Shown: positions 19,428-29,747 of the stretch, in pieces
How positions within the stretch are numbered: position 1 is the first letter of the stretch
Layout: each line of letters begins with the position of its first letter
Source: Oscillospiraceae bacterium
GTDB lineage: Bacteria > Bacillota > Clostridia > Oscillospirales > Oscillospiraceae
DNA: 64,000 nt
Direction of reading: 5' to 3'
Assembly (NCBI GenBank): GCA_015067935.1
Contig: SVLL01000002.1
Coordinates: forward strand, 345 to 64,344
Made by a program: the position numbers and the translations under genes
Notes under the pieces: model-generated
The model's database searches: none
Seen by the model: only the letters and a program-made list of their open reading frames with translations
Told to the model about the DNA's origin: nothing

Positions 19428-20123
19428 ATGTACGCAAAATGCTTTAAAAGACTACTGGATTTTGTCCTGTCGGTAATAGCTTTGCTTGTGCTGTCCCCTG
19501 TGCTAATACTGTTGACATTGATCGGTGCCGTCGCAATGAAGGGCAATCCCTTTTTTACCCAGCCCAGACCGGGTCGGAAGGGGAGAGACGGCAAGGAGAA
19601 AATCTTCCGTCTTATCAAATTCCGCTCCATGAGCAACGCCCGGGATAAGGATGGCAATTTACTGCCGGACGAGCAGCGTCTGGGAAAATACGGTGCGCTC
19701 CTGCGCTCCACCTCTCTGGATGAGCTGCCTTCTCTGGTCAATATTGCTCTGGGACAGCTGTCCATCGTGGGGCCCCGCCCGCAGCTGGTGCGGGATATGA
19801 CCTTTATGACCGAGCAGCAGCGGCGGCGTCACGATGTGCGCCCCGGCCTGACCGGCCTGGCGCAGGTCAATGGCCGCAACAACATAACCTGGGAGCAGAA
19901 GCTGGAGTATGACCTGCAGTACATCGACAGCGGCATTACCCTTTGGGGAGATTTGAAAATCATCCTCAAGACGGTGGGGAAAGTGCTGAAAAGAAGCGAC
20001 ACCGTCCGGGAAGGCACTGTATCGGATATGGATTTCGGTGACTGGCTGATGCAGGAAGGAAAGATCGATCGGGAAACCTACGACGAAAAACAAGCGCAAG
20101 CCAAGCAGCTGCTGGGCGTGTAA
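19428..20123 (+). CDS. initiating polyprenyl-phosphate sugar phosphotransferase (PglC/EpsL-like)
   Basis: KRLLD, KFRSM, LRSTSLDELP, VGPRP, RPGLTGLAQVNGRN. Confidence 0.92.
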   Translation: MYAKCFKRLLDFVLSVIALLVLSPVLILLTLIGAVAMKGNPFFTQPRPGRKGRDGKEKIFRLIKFRSMSNARDKDGNLLPDEQRLGKYGALLRSTSLDELPSLVNIALGQLSIVGPRPQLVRDMTFMTEQQRRRHDVRPGLTGLAQVNGRNNITWEQKLEYDLQYIDSGITLWGDLKIILKTVGKVLKRSDTVREGTVSDMDFGDWLMQEGKIDRETYDEKQAQAKQLLGV

Positions 20124-20143
20124 GCCGCAGCTGCGAAGAGAGG

Positions 20144-20983
20144 ATGATTAAAGTGGAAAAGTACAGCGTGTTGCAGACGGTGTATAAAAGCGATGAGCCC
20201 GCTGCCTTCAAAACCAGTCTGGAGAGTATGCTGACGCAAACCGTTCAGCCGGCCGAGGTGGTTTTGGTCAAGGACGGTCCTGTGCCGGAGTCTTTGCAGA
20301 GCGTGATTGATGAACTGGATCAGGCATATCCCGGCATTATCGTGCAGGTGCAGCTGCAGACCAATGTGGGTCTGGGTTTGGCATTGAACGAGGGCCTGAA
20401 GTGTTGCCAATATGAGCTGATCGCCCGTATGGACTCCGACGATATTTCCCTGCCGACCAGGTGCGAAAAACAGCTGGAAATGTTCGCGGCTGATCCGGAG
20501 CTGGATATTGTGGGGTGCCCCGTCAAGGAATTCAAGGACGACCCTCAGCACATTGTGGGCGTGCGCTCCGTGCCCCTTGAAAATGATGCGATTCACCGCT
20601 ATGCAAGAAGACGGGATCCTTTTAATCACCCTACCGTAATGTACCGCAAGAGCAAGGTTATGAAATACGGTCCTTACGGCAATTTCCGCAAGAATCAGGA
20701 TTCCGCACTGTGGCTGGATATGCTCAGCAATGGCTGTAAGGCGGCAAATTGTCCGGAGCATCTGCTGCTGTTCCGCTTCGATGAGGGTACTTACAAAAAG
20801 CGCAAGGCGTGGATCAATACCAAATCCCTCATTCAGATCCGTTGGGATTCCTGCAGAAGAGGCTTCAGCTCCTTCTGGGATTTCCTGATCGTTGCGGTGG
20901 CACAAATGGGCATCTTTATTCTGCCCACCTTTGTGCAGAAGTTCGTTTACACGAAGATTCTGAGGAGAAGTTATGAGTCTTGA
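20144..20983 (+). CDS. GT2 glycosyltransferase (AmsE-like)
   Basis: VLVKDGP, NVGLGLALNEG, ARMDSDD, FNHPTVM. Confidence 0.9.
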   Translation: MIKVEKYSVLQTVYKSDEPAAFKTSLESMLTQTVQPAEVVLVKDGPVPESLQSVIDELDQAYPGIIVQVQLQTNVGLGLALNEGLKCCQYELIARMDSDDISLPTRCEKQLEMFAADPELDIVGCPVKEFKDDPQHIVGVRSVPLENDAIHRYARRRDPFNHPTVMYRKSKVMKYGPYGNFRKNQDSALWLDMLSNGCKAANCPEHLLLFRFDEGTYKKRKAWINTKSLIQIRWDSCRRGFSSFWDFLIVAVAQMGIFILPTFVQKFVYTKILRRSYES

Positions 20984-22232
20984 GCAAAAGGTTAATTATT
21001 TTCTGAACAAATTCCCCAGCATTAAGAAATACATCAAGCGTGCCTATCAGCTGGCGGCTTATACGGTTTCTCCCAAGATCAAATCCGAGGGAAATATCCT
21101 GCGGATCAGCCCGGATGACGGCAGGGAGTATTTCTTCGGCTACTACGACAAGTCTCCATGGGACGCTACGGGGCGTTATATGCTCTGTCTTCGGGCGGAG
21201 CAGACATGGAAGGATGTTTCTCCCAAACAGCCGGCAGATATTTTGCTCATCGACACGGAAAAAGATGAGAGCGATTCTGCTCGTATCCGTGTTTTGGGAC
21301 AGACCAGCGCGTGGAATGTACAGATGGGCTGTATGCTCCAATGGCTGGGTCCGGATCATCAGAGCAAGGTGCTTTACAATGATTTCCGGGATGGCGATTT
21401 CTGCGCCGTTATTCTGGATATTGTCACCGGACAGGAGAAGATCATCCCGCGTCCGGTTTACACCGTTTCGGAAGATGGCGGCTTTGCCCTGACACTGGAT
21501 TTTTCCCGGCTCTACAACCTGCGCCCCGGCTACGGCTACTACAATAAGCCGGAAGAAACCGCAGGTGTTCCGCTGCCTGATGCCCCCTGCATCTGGACGG
21601 TCGATCTGCAGACCGGTGAGAGCCAACCCCTGCTGAAATACACGGATTTTGCCGCCTTAAAGCCCCGAAAGGAAATGCTGGAGCCCGGCAGCGTCCACAA
21701 GGTCAATCACCTGATGCTTAGTCCAAACGGCAAGCGGTTTATGGTGCTGTACCGATGGTTTAACGGTCAGCGGAAATATACCCGGCTGATGACCTGCAAC
21801 ATCGACGGCAGTGAAATGTATGTGCTCAACGATGAGGATATGGTTTCTCATTGCTTCTGGAAAAATGATGAGGAAATCCTTGCGTTTGAGAATAAGCATT
21901 CCGGCGGTCCGGGCTACTATCTGATGAAGGACAAGACCGGGGAATATTCCCGTCTGTGGTCTCAATTCGACAATGACGGGCATCCCAGCTACAGCCCCGA
22001 CCGGGAGTATGTGGTAACGGATTCCTATCCCAACCGGGCACGGATTGCCGACATCAAAATTTTGCGCGATACGGAAGAAAACGGCCGGGTGATCGCCCGT
22101 GTCTTTGCTCCCTTCCGTTATGATAACGATACCCGTTGCGACCTGCATCCCCGTTGGAGCCGGGACGGCAGAAAAATCTGCTTTGACAGCGTCTTTGAAG
22201 GGCACCGGGGACTTTATGTGGTGGAGCTGTAA
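20973..22232 (+). CDS. TolB/oligogalacturonate-lyase-like beta-propeller protein
   Basis: FFGYYDKSPW, SPNGKRF, DGHPSYSPD, RCDLHPRWSRDG blade motifs; no signal peptide. Confidence 0.65.
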   Translation: MSLEQKVNYFLNKFPSIKKYIKRAYQLAAYTVSPKIKSEGNILRISPDDGREYFFGYYDKSPWDATGRYMLCLRAEQTWKDVSPKQPADILLIDTEKDESDSARIRVLGQTSAWNVQMGCMLQWLGPDHQSKVLYNDFRDGDFCAVILDIVTGQEKIIPRPVYTVSEDGGFALTLDFSRLYNLRPGYGYYNKPEETAGVPLPDAPCIWTVDLQTGESQPLLKYTDFAALKPRKEMLEPGSVHKVNHLMLSPNGKRFMVLYRWFNGQRKYTRLMTCNIDGSEMYVLNDEDMVSHCFWKNDEEILAFENKHSGGPGYYLMKDKTGEYSRLWSQFDNDGHPSYSPDREYVVTDSYPNRARIADIKILRDTEENGRVIARVFAPFRYDNDTRCDLHPRWSRDGRKICFDSVFEGHRGLYVVEL

Positions 22233-22260
22233 GCTCTGCCGATGAAAAGGAGAATGGAAA

Positions 22261-23163
22261 ATGGTCAGTGTAGTCATTCCCACCCATAACCGGGCAGATC
22301 TGTTGCCAAGAGCCATCGCCAGTGTGCAGGCACAGACCTATAAGGATTTTGAAATTGTGGTGGTTTCCGACGGTTCTACCGACAATACCGCAGAAGTGGT
22401 GGAGGCCATGATGGCATCCGACAGCCGCATTCGCTTTGTGGAGTATCACCCCGGCCGTGGCGGCAACATCGCCCGCAATACCGGCATTGAGGAAGCCAAG
22501 GGCGAATATGTGGCGTTTTTGGACGACGATGACGAGTTTTTGCCCACCAAGCTGGAAAAGCAGGTGGCGGTTATGGAATCCGATCCGGAGATCGGTCTGG
22601 TGTACACCGGCGTAAAGATTCTCTACATCAACGAAAAGGTGTCCTATGCCTCCAAAGCCCGCAACTGCGGTGACCTGAGCAGGGATATTTTGCTGGATAA
22701 CCACATCGGCACTACCTCTACGGTAATGCTGCGCAAGACGGTTATTGAGAAGTCCGGAATGTTCGATGTGGCGTTGAAGGCTTTGCAGGACTTTGACTTG
22801 TGGATCCGGGTCTGCCAGCATTGCAAGGTCGGCGTGGTGCCGGAGGAACTGATCAATTATTATAACTACACCAATTCCACGCAGGTGTCTGCGTCCACTC
22901 AGAAATACATTGATGCCTTTTCTTACATCAATGAAAAGTATGCTGCCTATTTTGCAGAGCTTTCCCCGGAAAGCAAAGCGGAAAAGAAACGCAACGAATA
23001 CAGTCTGCTGATCAACAAGGCCATGCGCAACGGAAATGGCAAGTTGGCGCGGCAATATGTGAAAGAATTGAAGAAAAACGGAGGCGGCAAGAAGGCTCTG
23101 GTCTTCTGGTGCTTGTCGTGGATGAAATACAAAACTGTACTGAAAATCAGAAGCCGGGTATAA
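22261..23163 (+). CDS. GT2 glycosyltransferase
   Basis: VSVVIPTHNR, DGSTD, ARNTG, AFLDDDD, QDFDLW. Confidence 0.92.
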   Translation: MVSVVIPTHNRADLLPRAIASVQAQTYKDFEIVVVSDGSTDNTAEVVEAMMASDSRIRFVEYHPGRGGNIARNTGIEEAKGEYVAFLDDDDEFLPTKLEKQVAVMESDPEIGLVYTGVKILYINEKVSYASKARNCGDLSRDILLDNHIGTTSTVMLRKTVIEKSGMFDVALKALQDFDLWIRVCQHCKVGVVPEELINYYNYTNSTQVSASTQKYIDAFSYINEKYAAYFAELSPESKAEKKRNEYSLLINKAMRNGNGKLARQYVKELKKNGGGKKALVFWCLSWMKYKTVLKIRSRV

Positions 23164-23186
23164 AAAACGGCGAACAAGGAGTAATT

Positions 23187-24296
23187 ATGGCAGAAAAGAT
23201 TCGAATTTTGCAGGTAACCGGTTCTTTGAGAATCGGTGGATTGGAAACGGTTGCCGTGAATCTTTATCGTTTTTGCGATAGAAGCAAATATGCCTTTGAC
23301 TATGTGGTCTATGGGGACGCTGTGGAGCCGATGGAGGCAACAGTGGAGGAACTGGGGGGCCGTGTGTTTCACATTCCCTATCCCCATAAGGGTGCGGGTG
23401 CGTACTTAAAGGCTCTGAAAAAGGTGATGGCAGATTACGGTCCATACGATGCGGTCCATTCTCACTCCCTGTTCAATTCCGGTCTGGTGATGCTTGCAGC
23501 CAAGCAGATGAAGATCCCGGTGCGGATATCTCACGGTCACTCCGACCGTCGGAATACGAAGGTGGCATTGCCCCGACGGCTGTATAATGGGTTGATGCGT
23601 ATGCTGATCAACCGCTACACCACCCAAAAGGTGGCCTGCTCCGAGGGTGCGGGAAAGTATCTGTTCGGCAAGAAATTTGACGAAAAGGTTTATATCATCC
23701 GCAACGGCGTCTGTGTGGACGATTTTCGCTACAGTCCCGAAAAGGCGGCAAAAATCAAGGCGGAATTCGGATGGGAAAATAACAAGATCGTGGGTCACAT
23801 CGGTCGGCTTGCCCCGGTTAAGAATCAAAAATGGATCCTGCGGGTATTTGCGCTTGCTTATCAAAAGGATCCTTCTTTGCGTCTGCTCATCGCCGGTGAC
23901 GGAGAGCTGAAAGAGCAGCTGCAGGAGCGAATCGACCGCATGGGCCTTTCGGAGGTTGCTGTTCTTGCGGGCACCAGAACAGATACTGCGGCTCTGCAAT
24001 CGGCCTTTGATGTATATATGATGGCGTCGCACTATGAAGGCGTCAGCATTTCCCTGATTGAGGCGCAGGCTTCGGGCGTAAACTGCCTGTCGTCCGATAC
24101 GGCGGCAACCCCTGCCACACGGATTTCCGAATGTCTGCATTTGCTGTCCCTTTCGGACTCTGCAGAGGCTTGGGCGGAAAAGCTGCTTGAACTGACAAAC
24201 AAACCTCGAAGTGCCGACTCTTGGGAAAAGGTTAAAGAAAGCGGCTACGATATTGTGCAAATCGTGCGCGAGGCTAGTCGGCTTTATGGAGGATGA
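23187..24296 (+). CDS. GT4 glycosyltransferase (EpsF-like)
   Basis: GGLET, HIGRLAPVKN, SHYEGVSISLIEAQASG. Confidence 0.9.
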   Translation: MAEKIRILQVTGSLRIGGLETVAVNLYRFCDRSKYAFDYVVYGDAVEPMEATVEELGGRVFHIPYPHKGAGAYLKALKKVMADYGPYDAVHSHSLFNSGLVMLAAKQMKIPVRISHGHSDRRNTKVALPRRLYNGLMRMLINRYTTQKVACSEGAGKYLFGKKFDEKVYIIRNGVCVDDFRYSPEKAAKIKAEFGWENNKIVGHIGRLAPVKNQKWILRVFALAYQKDPSLRLLIAGDGELKEQLQERIDRMGLSEVAVLAGTRTDTAALQSAFDVYMMASHYEGVSISLIEAQASGVNCLSSDTAATPATRISECLHLLSLSDSAEAWAEKLLELTNKPRSADSWEKVKESGYDIVQIVREASRLYGG

Positions 24297-25552
24297 ATAT
24301 GTACGAAGGAAAAGTTATAAGAATAAAGCTTCATGACATGCTGAGCTTTTTCGCGCTCTTTTTCGCCTTTGTCTGTGCAACCAATGGCGAATTGCGATAT
24401 ACGGAAAGCCAGTTTCTCTACTATCTGCCGTTTCTTTTTTGCCTTGCAGCATTGCTGATGGAGCTGCTGGTGCGGCGGATCGTGGTGTCCTCCTATCTGA
24501 TCTGGCGCATTGTGGTGATCATATTTCTGCTGGCAACATTGACCTATACGCTGGATTTTGAGGTTTCCTTTACAGGCATCAAGACCTATTTGCTCCAATC
24601 CGTTGTGGTGCTTCTGATTGCGGTCAAATGCTCCGATGATCCGGAAAATATCAAAAAAATAATGATCGTTGCAGTTTTGGCATGCCTTGTCACCACACTC
24701 TATATTCTCTCGTCAGTTGATTTAACGAATCTTGGCGGTGAACGGCTGGGCGTCAGCACCATTAACGATAAATGGAATGCCAACAACATTGGTCTGTTTT
24801 CCGCCTTCGGTATGCTGCTGATGTTCTGCGTGACCTTTGTGTTTGCCAAAAGAACCAAAAGATGGCAGGTCATCGCCTGCGTGGCATTGATCGCCCTGTT
24901 CGGCTACATTATGATCGTTTCCGGCTCCCGGAAGTCTACGCTGATTATCCTGATCACCATGCTGCTTTATCTGATGAGCTCCCAGAAATCCAAGCGGGTG
25001 CGGAATGTGCTTTTGGCGGTGATTCTGGCGTTGCTTGCTCTGTACGCAATTTACAATGTGCCTTTCCTGTACAGGCATCTGGGTGTGCGTTTTGAGAGTA
25101 TGGTGGAGGTAATGTTCGGTGGCCGGGGCGATAAGAGTGCTGCGCTGCGGCAGATTATGGTAGACCTGGGTATGGAAGCCTTCGAGGCAAAGCCCATTCT
25201 GGGCTACGGTGTCAACGCCTTCTCTGTTATGTACCGACAGAAGTACGGTGTTTTGGCCTATTCCCACAACAATTATGTGGAGCTGCTGGTTACCGGCGGC
25301 GTGATCGGTCTGGCGGTGTACTATTCCTACATCGGCAGAATGCTGCTGAAGAAGTGCATTGGCAACAAGCAGACCTCCTTTGTCAAGGCAATGATCGTGG
25401 CGATTCTGATCGCAGACATCGGTTGCGTCAGCTACTACGATCCGTTCATTCAGTATGTGCTGTGTCTACTGGTCTACGGTATTATCTATAATCCCACGGT
25501 AACCAGGCTTTATGCTGCCGAGACAACGCCCCTGACGGGAGGTCAGCAATGA
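24293..25552 (+). CDS. wzy: Wzy polymerase / O-antigen ligase family
   Basis: Multi-TM; SGSRK, PILGYG, YSHNNYVELL..GG. Confidence 0.8.
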   Translation: MNMYEGKVIRIKLHDMLSFFALFFAFVCATNGELRYTESQFLYYLPFLFCLAALLMELLVRRIVVSSYLIWRIVVIIFLLATLTYTLDFEVSFTGIKTYLLQSVVVLLIAVKCSDDPENIKKIMIVAVLACLVTTLYILSSVDLTNLGGERLGVSTINDKWNANNIGLFSAFGMLLMFCVTFVFAKRTKRWQVIACVALIALFGYIMIVSGSRKSTLIILITMLLYLMSSQKSKRVRNVLLAVILALLALYAIYNVPFLYRHLGVRFESMVEVMFGGRGDKSAALRQIMVDLGMEAFEAKPILGYGVNAFSVMYRQKYGVLAYSHNNYVELLVTGGVIGLAVYYSYIGRMLLKKCIGNKQTSFVKAMIVAILIADIGCVSYYDPFIQYVLCLLVYGIIYNPTVTRLYAAETTPLTGGQQ

Positions 25553-26199
25553 TTAAGAAACTGTTGCAGATCGCCATTTTTAAGTCCTTCTTTTTCAACC
25601 TGAAGCATTTCGGCCTGAAGGGCGCGAAAATGCCGGTGCTGTTTGCCAAGAAGTGTAAGGTGCAGGTCAAGGGCAAAATTGAACTGGAAAACTTTTCCGG
25701 TGGTGCAGTAAGAATTGGTTTCGGCGGCAGTGAGGGCGTGGTGGAAAACCGCTACAGCTACTTGTCCGTTGCGCCGGGGGCAAGGCTCGTTTTCAAAGGA
25801 AAAGCCGGCTTCAGCGCAGGCAATTCCGTTCGGGTGGATGCAGGGGTTCTGACAGTTGGCAACAACTTTTCTGCCAATAAAAACTGCTTTATTGCCTGTT
25901 CGGAGGGCGTGACCATCGGTGACGATGTGACCTTGGGCTGGGATGTGCACATTCGGGACAACGACGGCCACACCATTATTGACGGTGCAACCGGTGCGCG
26001 TTCCGAAAGTAGAAATGTAACCATCGGCAACCATGTGTGGCTGTGCGCCTACACGGATGTGTTGAAGGGAAGTGTAGTGCCGGATGAGAGCGTGGTGGCC
26101 TACCGCAGTTTGGTCACAAAGGCATTTGACAAGCCGCACAGCCTCATTGGCGGTGCCCCGGCAAAGCTGCTCAAAGAAAACATAAGGTGGGAATACTGA
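25549..26199 (+). CDS. hexapeptide-repeat acyltransferase
   Basis: VTIGDDV, DNDGH, IGNHVW, IGGAPAK. Confidence 0.85.
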   Translation: MIKKLLQIAIFKSFFFNLKHFGLKGAKMPVLFAKKCKVQVKGKIELENFSGGAVRIGFGGSEGVVENRYSYLSVAPGARLVFKGKAGFSAGNSVRVDAGVLTVGNNFSANKNCFIACSEGVTIGDDVTLGWDVHIRDNDGHTIIDGATGARSESRNVTIGNHVWLCAYTDVLKGSVVPDESVVAYRSLVTKAFDKPHSLIGGAPAKLLKENIRWEY

Positions 26200-27257
26200 T
26201 GAAAATCGTGTTTACAATGGCATATATGCAGGGCGGCGGCGCGGAGCGCGTGGTTTCCGAGCTGGCAAATTGCTTTGCCGGGCGTGGACACGAGGTTTCC
26301 ATCATTACCACAAGGGGCGGCAACTGCGTATATCCGCTGGATGAAAATGTGCAGTTGATCGATCTGTCCGGTCAGGATCGGGGTATTTTGTCCCGGGTCC
26401 GGGCTGTACGCAAATGCATCAAAGAAAACCGATTTGATGCAGTGATCTCCTTTCTCGTCAACACCAATATTGAAACAATTCTGTCAGGATTGTTTCTGAA
26501 AACGCCGGTGATTATCAGCGAGCGTAACAACCCCTATGTAGACCCTAAAAATAAGATTTTTCGCATTATGCGAAGCTTCACCTATCCTTTTGCCGATGGG
26601 TATGTATTCCAGACTCCCGATGCCCGGGAATTTTTCGGCAAGGGTATTCAAAAGCACAGCACGGTGATTATGAATCCCATCAATCCGGAGCTGCCGGAGC
26701 CTTTCCAGGGGCTGCGGGACAAGCGGATCGTGAATGTGGGTCGTCTGGTTCCCCAGAAGAATCAGAAAATGTTCATTGATGCCTTTGCGGAATTCTTCGA
26801 AGCATATCCGGATTATATCGCGGAGATTTACGGCGACGGTCCCATGGAGCAGGAGCTGGCTGCCTATATCCAAAGCAAACAGCTGGAGGAAAAGGTAATT
26901 TTGAAGGGGTTTTCCAAGAATGTGATCCCGGAAATAGCCAGTGCCGGCATTTTTGCTATGTCCTCGGATTATGAGGGGATGAGCAACGCTCTGATTGAGG
27001 CGGTGGGTATGGGTATCCCCTGCGTTTGCACTGACCATCCCATCGGCGGTGCCCGGATGACCATTGAAGAAGGCATCAGTGGCTTTTTGGTGCCGGTGGG
27101 CGACGCCCACGCAATGGCCGAGAAGATGAAGGCAATTGCCGCTGACCCTGCTATGGCGGAAAGCTTCTCCGGGAAGGGACTGCAGCTGCGCCAAACCTTG
27201 TCCATTGATGCCATTGCCGACCAATGGCTGGCGTATATGGGCAGTTTTACTCGTTAA
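26199..27257 (+). CDS. GT4 glycosyltransferase (PglJ/PglH-like)
   Basis: GGGAERV, ISERN, VGRLVPQKN, SDYEGMSNALIEA. Confidence 0.9.
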   Translation: MKIVFTMAYMQGGGAERVVSELANCFAGRGHEVSIITTRGGNCVYPLDENVQLIDLSGQDRGILSRVRAVRKCIKENRFDAVISFLVNTNIETILSGLFLKTPVIISERNNPYVDPKNKIFRIMRSFTYPFADGYVFQTPDAREFFGKGIQKHSTVIMNPINPELPEPFQGLRDKRIVNVGRLVPQKNQKMFIDAFAEFFEAYPDYIAEIYGDGPMEQELAAYIQSKQLEEKVILKGFSKNVIPEIASAGIFAMSSDYEGMSNALIEAVGMGIPCVCTDHPIGGARMTIEEGISGFLVPVGDAHAMAEKMKAIAADPAMAESFSGKGLQLRQTLSIDAIADQWLAYMGSFTR

Positions 27258-27278
27258 GAAAGCAAGGAGAGACAAGTT

Positions 27279-28211
27279 ATGTCCAAAATCAAAAAGGCAT
27301 GGGCTCTTTGGAAAAAAGATCCTTCTCAGTTCAAAATCCGTTTTCTGAGAAAACTTGCAAGTAAGAAAATGTCCCATTTGATTCCGGATAAGACATTTTT
27401 GCGGCTTTTGTACAGAGCAAATTACGGGAAAAAGCTGGACCTGAAAAATCCCCGGGGCTTTAACGAAAAGCTGCAGTGGCTGAAACTCTACGCCCGGGAT
27501 CCCGCCTACACCGAAATGGTGGATAAGTATGCCGTCAAGGAAATGATGAAGGAGCGGATGGGGCAGGAATATGTAATTCCCACATACGGCGTTTGGGAAC
27601 GATTTGAGGATATTGACTTTGACACTCTGCCCAATCAGTTTGTGCTGAAGTGTACCCACGATTCCGGCAGTGTAATTATCTGTCGGGATAAGGCAACCTT
27701 CGATAAGGAGACTGCCCGGGAAAAAATCCGGGCAAAAATGAAGAACCATATTTACTGGAATTATCGGGAGTGGCCCTACAAAAATGTTCGCCCCCGCATT
27801 TTAGCGGAGGCTTATATGGAGGATAAGGGCAGTGATGAGCTGATCGACTACAAGTTCTATTGCTTTGGCGGTGAACCCAAATTCCTCTATGTTTCTCAAG
27901 GTTTATCCAACAAGGAAACGGCAACCATCAGCTTTCTGACGATGGATTGGCAGTTTGCACCCTATGAGCGGTGCGACTATCCGCCTATGGCACAGCTTCC
28001 GGAGAAACCCCGGACCTTTGACAAAATGGTGGAGTTCGCAAAAAAGCTTTCCGCAGGAATCGACTTTTTGCGGGTTGATCTATATGAGATCAATGGGAAA
28101 CTCTACTTTTCCGAACTGACCTTCTCTCCCTGTGCCGGCTTTATGCCTTTTAAAAACCCGGAGCATGATCTGGAAGTTGGCAAAATGCTGATTCTGCCGG
28201 AGAAAAAGTAA
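27279..28211 (+). CDS. TupA-like ATP-grasp protein
   Basis: FNEKLQWLKL, VDKYAVK, LKCTHDSG, DYKFYCF, RVDLY, FSELTFSP. Confidence 0.9.
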   Translation: MSKIKKAWALWKKDPSQFKIRFLRKLASKKMSHLIPDKTFLRLLYRANYGKKLDLKNPRGFNEKLQWLKLYARDPAYTEMVDKYAVKEMMKERMGQEYVIPTYGVWERFEDIDFDTLPNQFVLKCTHDSGSVIICRDKATFDKETAREKIRAKMKNHIYWNYREWPYKNVRPRILAEAYMEDKGSDELIDYKFYCFGGEPKFLYVSQGLSNKETATISFLTMDWQFAPYERCDYPPMAQLPEKPRTFDKMVEFAKKLSAGIDFLRVDLYEINGKLYFSELTFSPCAGFMPFKNPEHDLEVGKMLILPEKK

Positions 28212-28244
28212 GATACTACCACAGCAAACGAGGTACAGAAAACC

Positions 28245-29747
28245 ATGCAACAAAATTTAAGCGGAAAAATCGGGCAGGCCACGAAGTGGTCCAGTATTGC
28301 GGAAATCTCCGCAAAACTGATTTCCCCTATCGTGAATATGGTGCTGGCCCGGTTGCTGACGCCGGAGGCCTTCGGCGTGATCGCAACGATCACAATGGTG
28401 ATTACCTTTGCGGAGGTTTTCACCGACGCTGGCTTCCAAAAGTACATCGTTCAGCACGAGTTTAAAGATGAGGATGAACTGAACAGAAGTACCAATGTGG
28501 CTTTTTGGACGAATTTTGTGTTTTCAGTGGCCATTTGCATCGGTATTTTCTTCTTCCGGGATCCCATTGCGAAACTGGTGGGGAGCCCCGGCTTGGGAGA
28601 TTCCATCAGCATTGCCTCTCTGTTGATTATCGTGGCGGCCTTTTCCAGTATCCAAATGGCCCGGTACAAGCGTGCCTTTGATTTTAAGACGCTGTTTTAT
28701 GCCCGGGTGGGTACGGCATTTATTCCCCTGCTGGTCACGGTGCCGCTGGCCTTTTTGATGAAGAATTACTGGGCTCTGCTCATCGGTAATTTCGCAAGTC
28801 AGGTATTCAATGCAGTGATCCTGACGGTGAAATCCAAGTGGAAGCCGCAGTTCTACTACAGCTTTAAACTGCTGAAGGAAATGTTTTCCTTCACTGCTTG
28901 GACGCTTCTGGAGAGCATTTCCATTTGGCTGACCAGCTATATCGGTGTGTTTATTGTGGGCAGCTATCTGGATGAATACTATCTGGGTCTTTACAAAACC
29001 TCTATGTCCACCATTACCGCCTATATGGGCATCGTTACCAGTGCCATCAATCCGGTGCTGTTTGCGGCACTGAGCCGGTATCAGAATGACGATAACGCTT
29101 TCCGCAAGACTTTTATGTCCTTCCAGCGCAATGCCTCTGTTTTGGTATTGCCTATGGGCGTGGGCATTTTCCTGTTCTCCGATCTGGTGACGGAGATTTT
29201 GCTGGGCAGCCAATGGATGGAAGCAAGTGGCTTTGTGGGCATCTGGGGCCTGACCGGTGCATTTACCATTATTTTTGCAAATCTGTCCAGTGAGGTGTTC
29301 CGCAGTAAGGGGCATCCCAAGCTGTCGCTGCTGCTGCAGGTGCTGCATTTGGCGTTTATCGTGCCGGTTTTGATGGTAGCGGTCCGCTACGATTTCCGCA
29401 CCCTTTATATGGCCCGCTCACTGGTGCGCATCCAGTTTGTGCTGACAGCTCTGGTGATTATGCGCGTGAAATACAAGTTTTCCATTTCGGAAACCCTGAA
29501 AAATGTCCTGCCTATGGTGATTTCCACTGTGGTGATGGGGGCCGTGGGCTTCTGCTTGGAGCTGATCAGCGATAATATCGTTTGGCAGCTGTGTGCGGTG
29601 CTGATTTGCATCGTGGTGTATTTCGCTGTACTGCTGGGTTGTTTCCCCAAGGTTCGCAAGGAGCTGATGGGCACAAGCTACGGTAAAAAAATAGCAAAAC
29701 TTTTGAAAAAACGGGGAGGAAACAGCAATGCTGACACCCAATGTTGA
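28245..29747 (+). CDS. wzx: Wzx flippase (WzxC-like)
   Basis: LARLLTPEAFG, DAGF, multi-TM. Confidence 0.88.
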   Translation: MQQNLSGKIGQATKWSSIAEISAKLISPIVNMVLARLLTPEAFGVIATITMVITFAEVFTDAGFQKYIVQHEFKDEDELNRSTNVAFWTNFVFSVAICIGIFFFRDPIAKLVGSPGLGDSISIASLLIIVAAFSSIQMARYKRAFDFKTLFYARVGTAFIPLLVTVPLAFLMKNYWALLIGNFASQVFNAVILTVKSKWKPQFYYSFKLLKEMFSFTAWTLLESISIWLTSYIGVFIVGSYLDEYYLGLYKTSMSTITAYMGIVTSAINPVLFAALSRYQNDDNAFRKTFMSFQRNASVLVLPMGVGIFLFSDLVTEILLGSQWMEASGFVGIWGLTGAFTIIFANLSSEVFRSKGHPKLSLLLQVLHLAFIVPVLMVAVRYDFRTLYMARSLVRIQFVLTALVIMRVKYKFSISETLKNVLPMVISTVVMGAVGFCLELISDNIVWQLCAVLICIVVYFAVLLGCFPKVRKELMGTSYGKKIAKLLKKRGGNSNADTQC

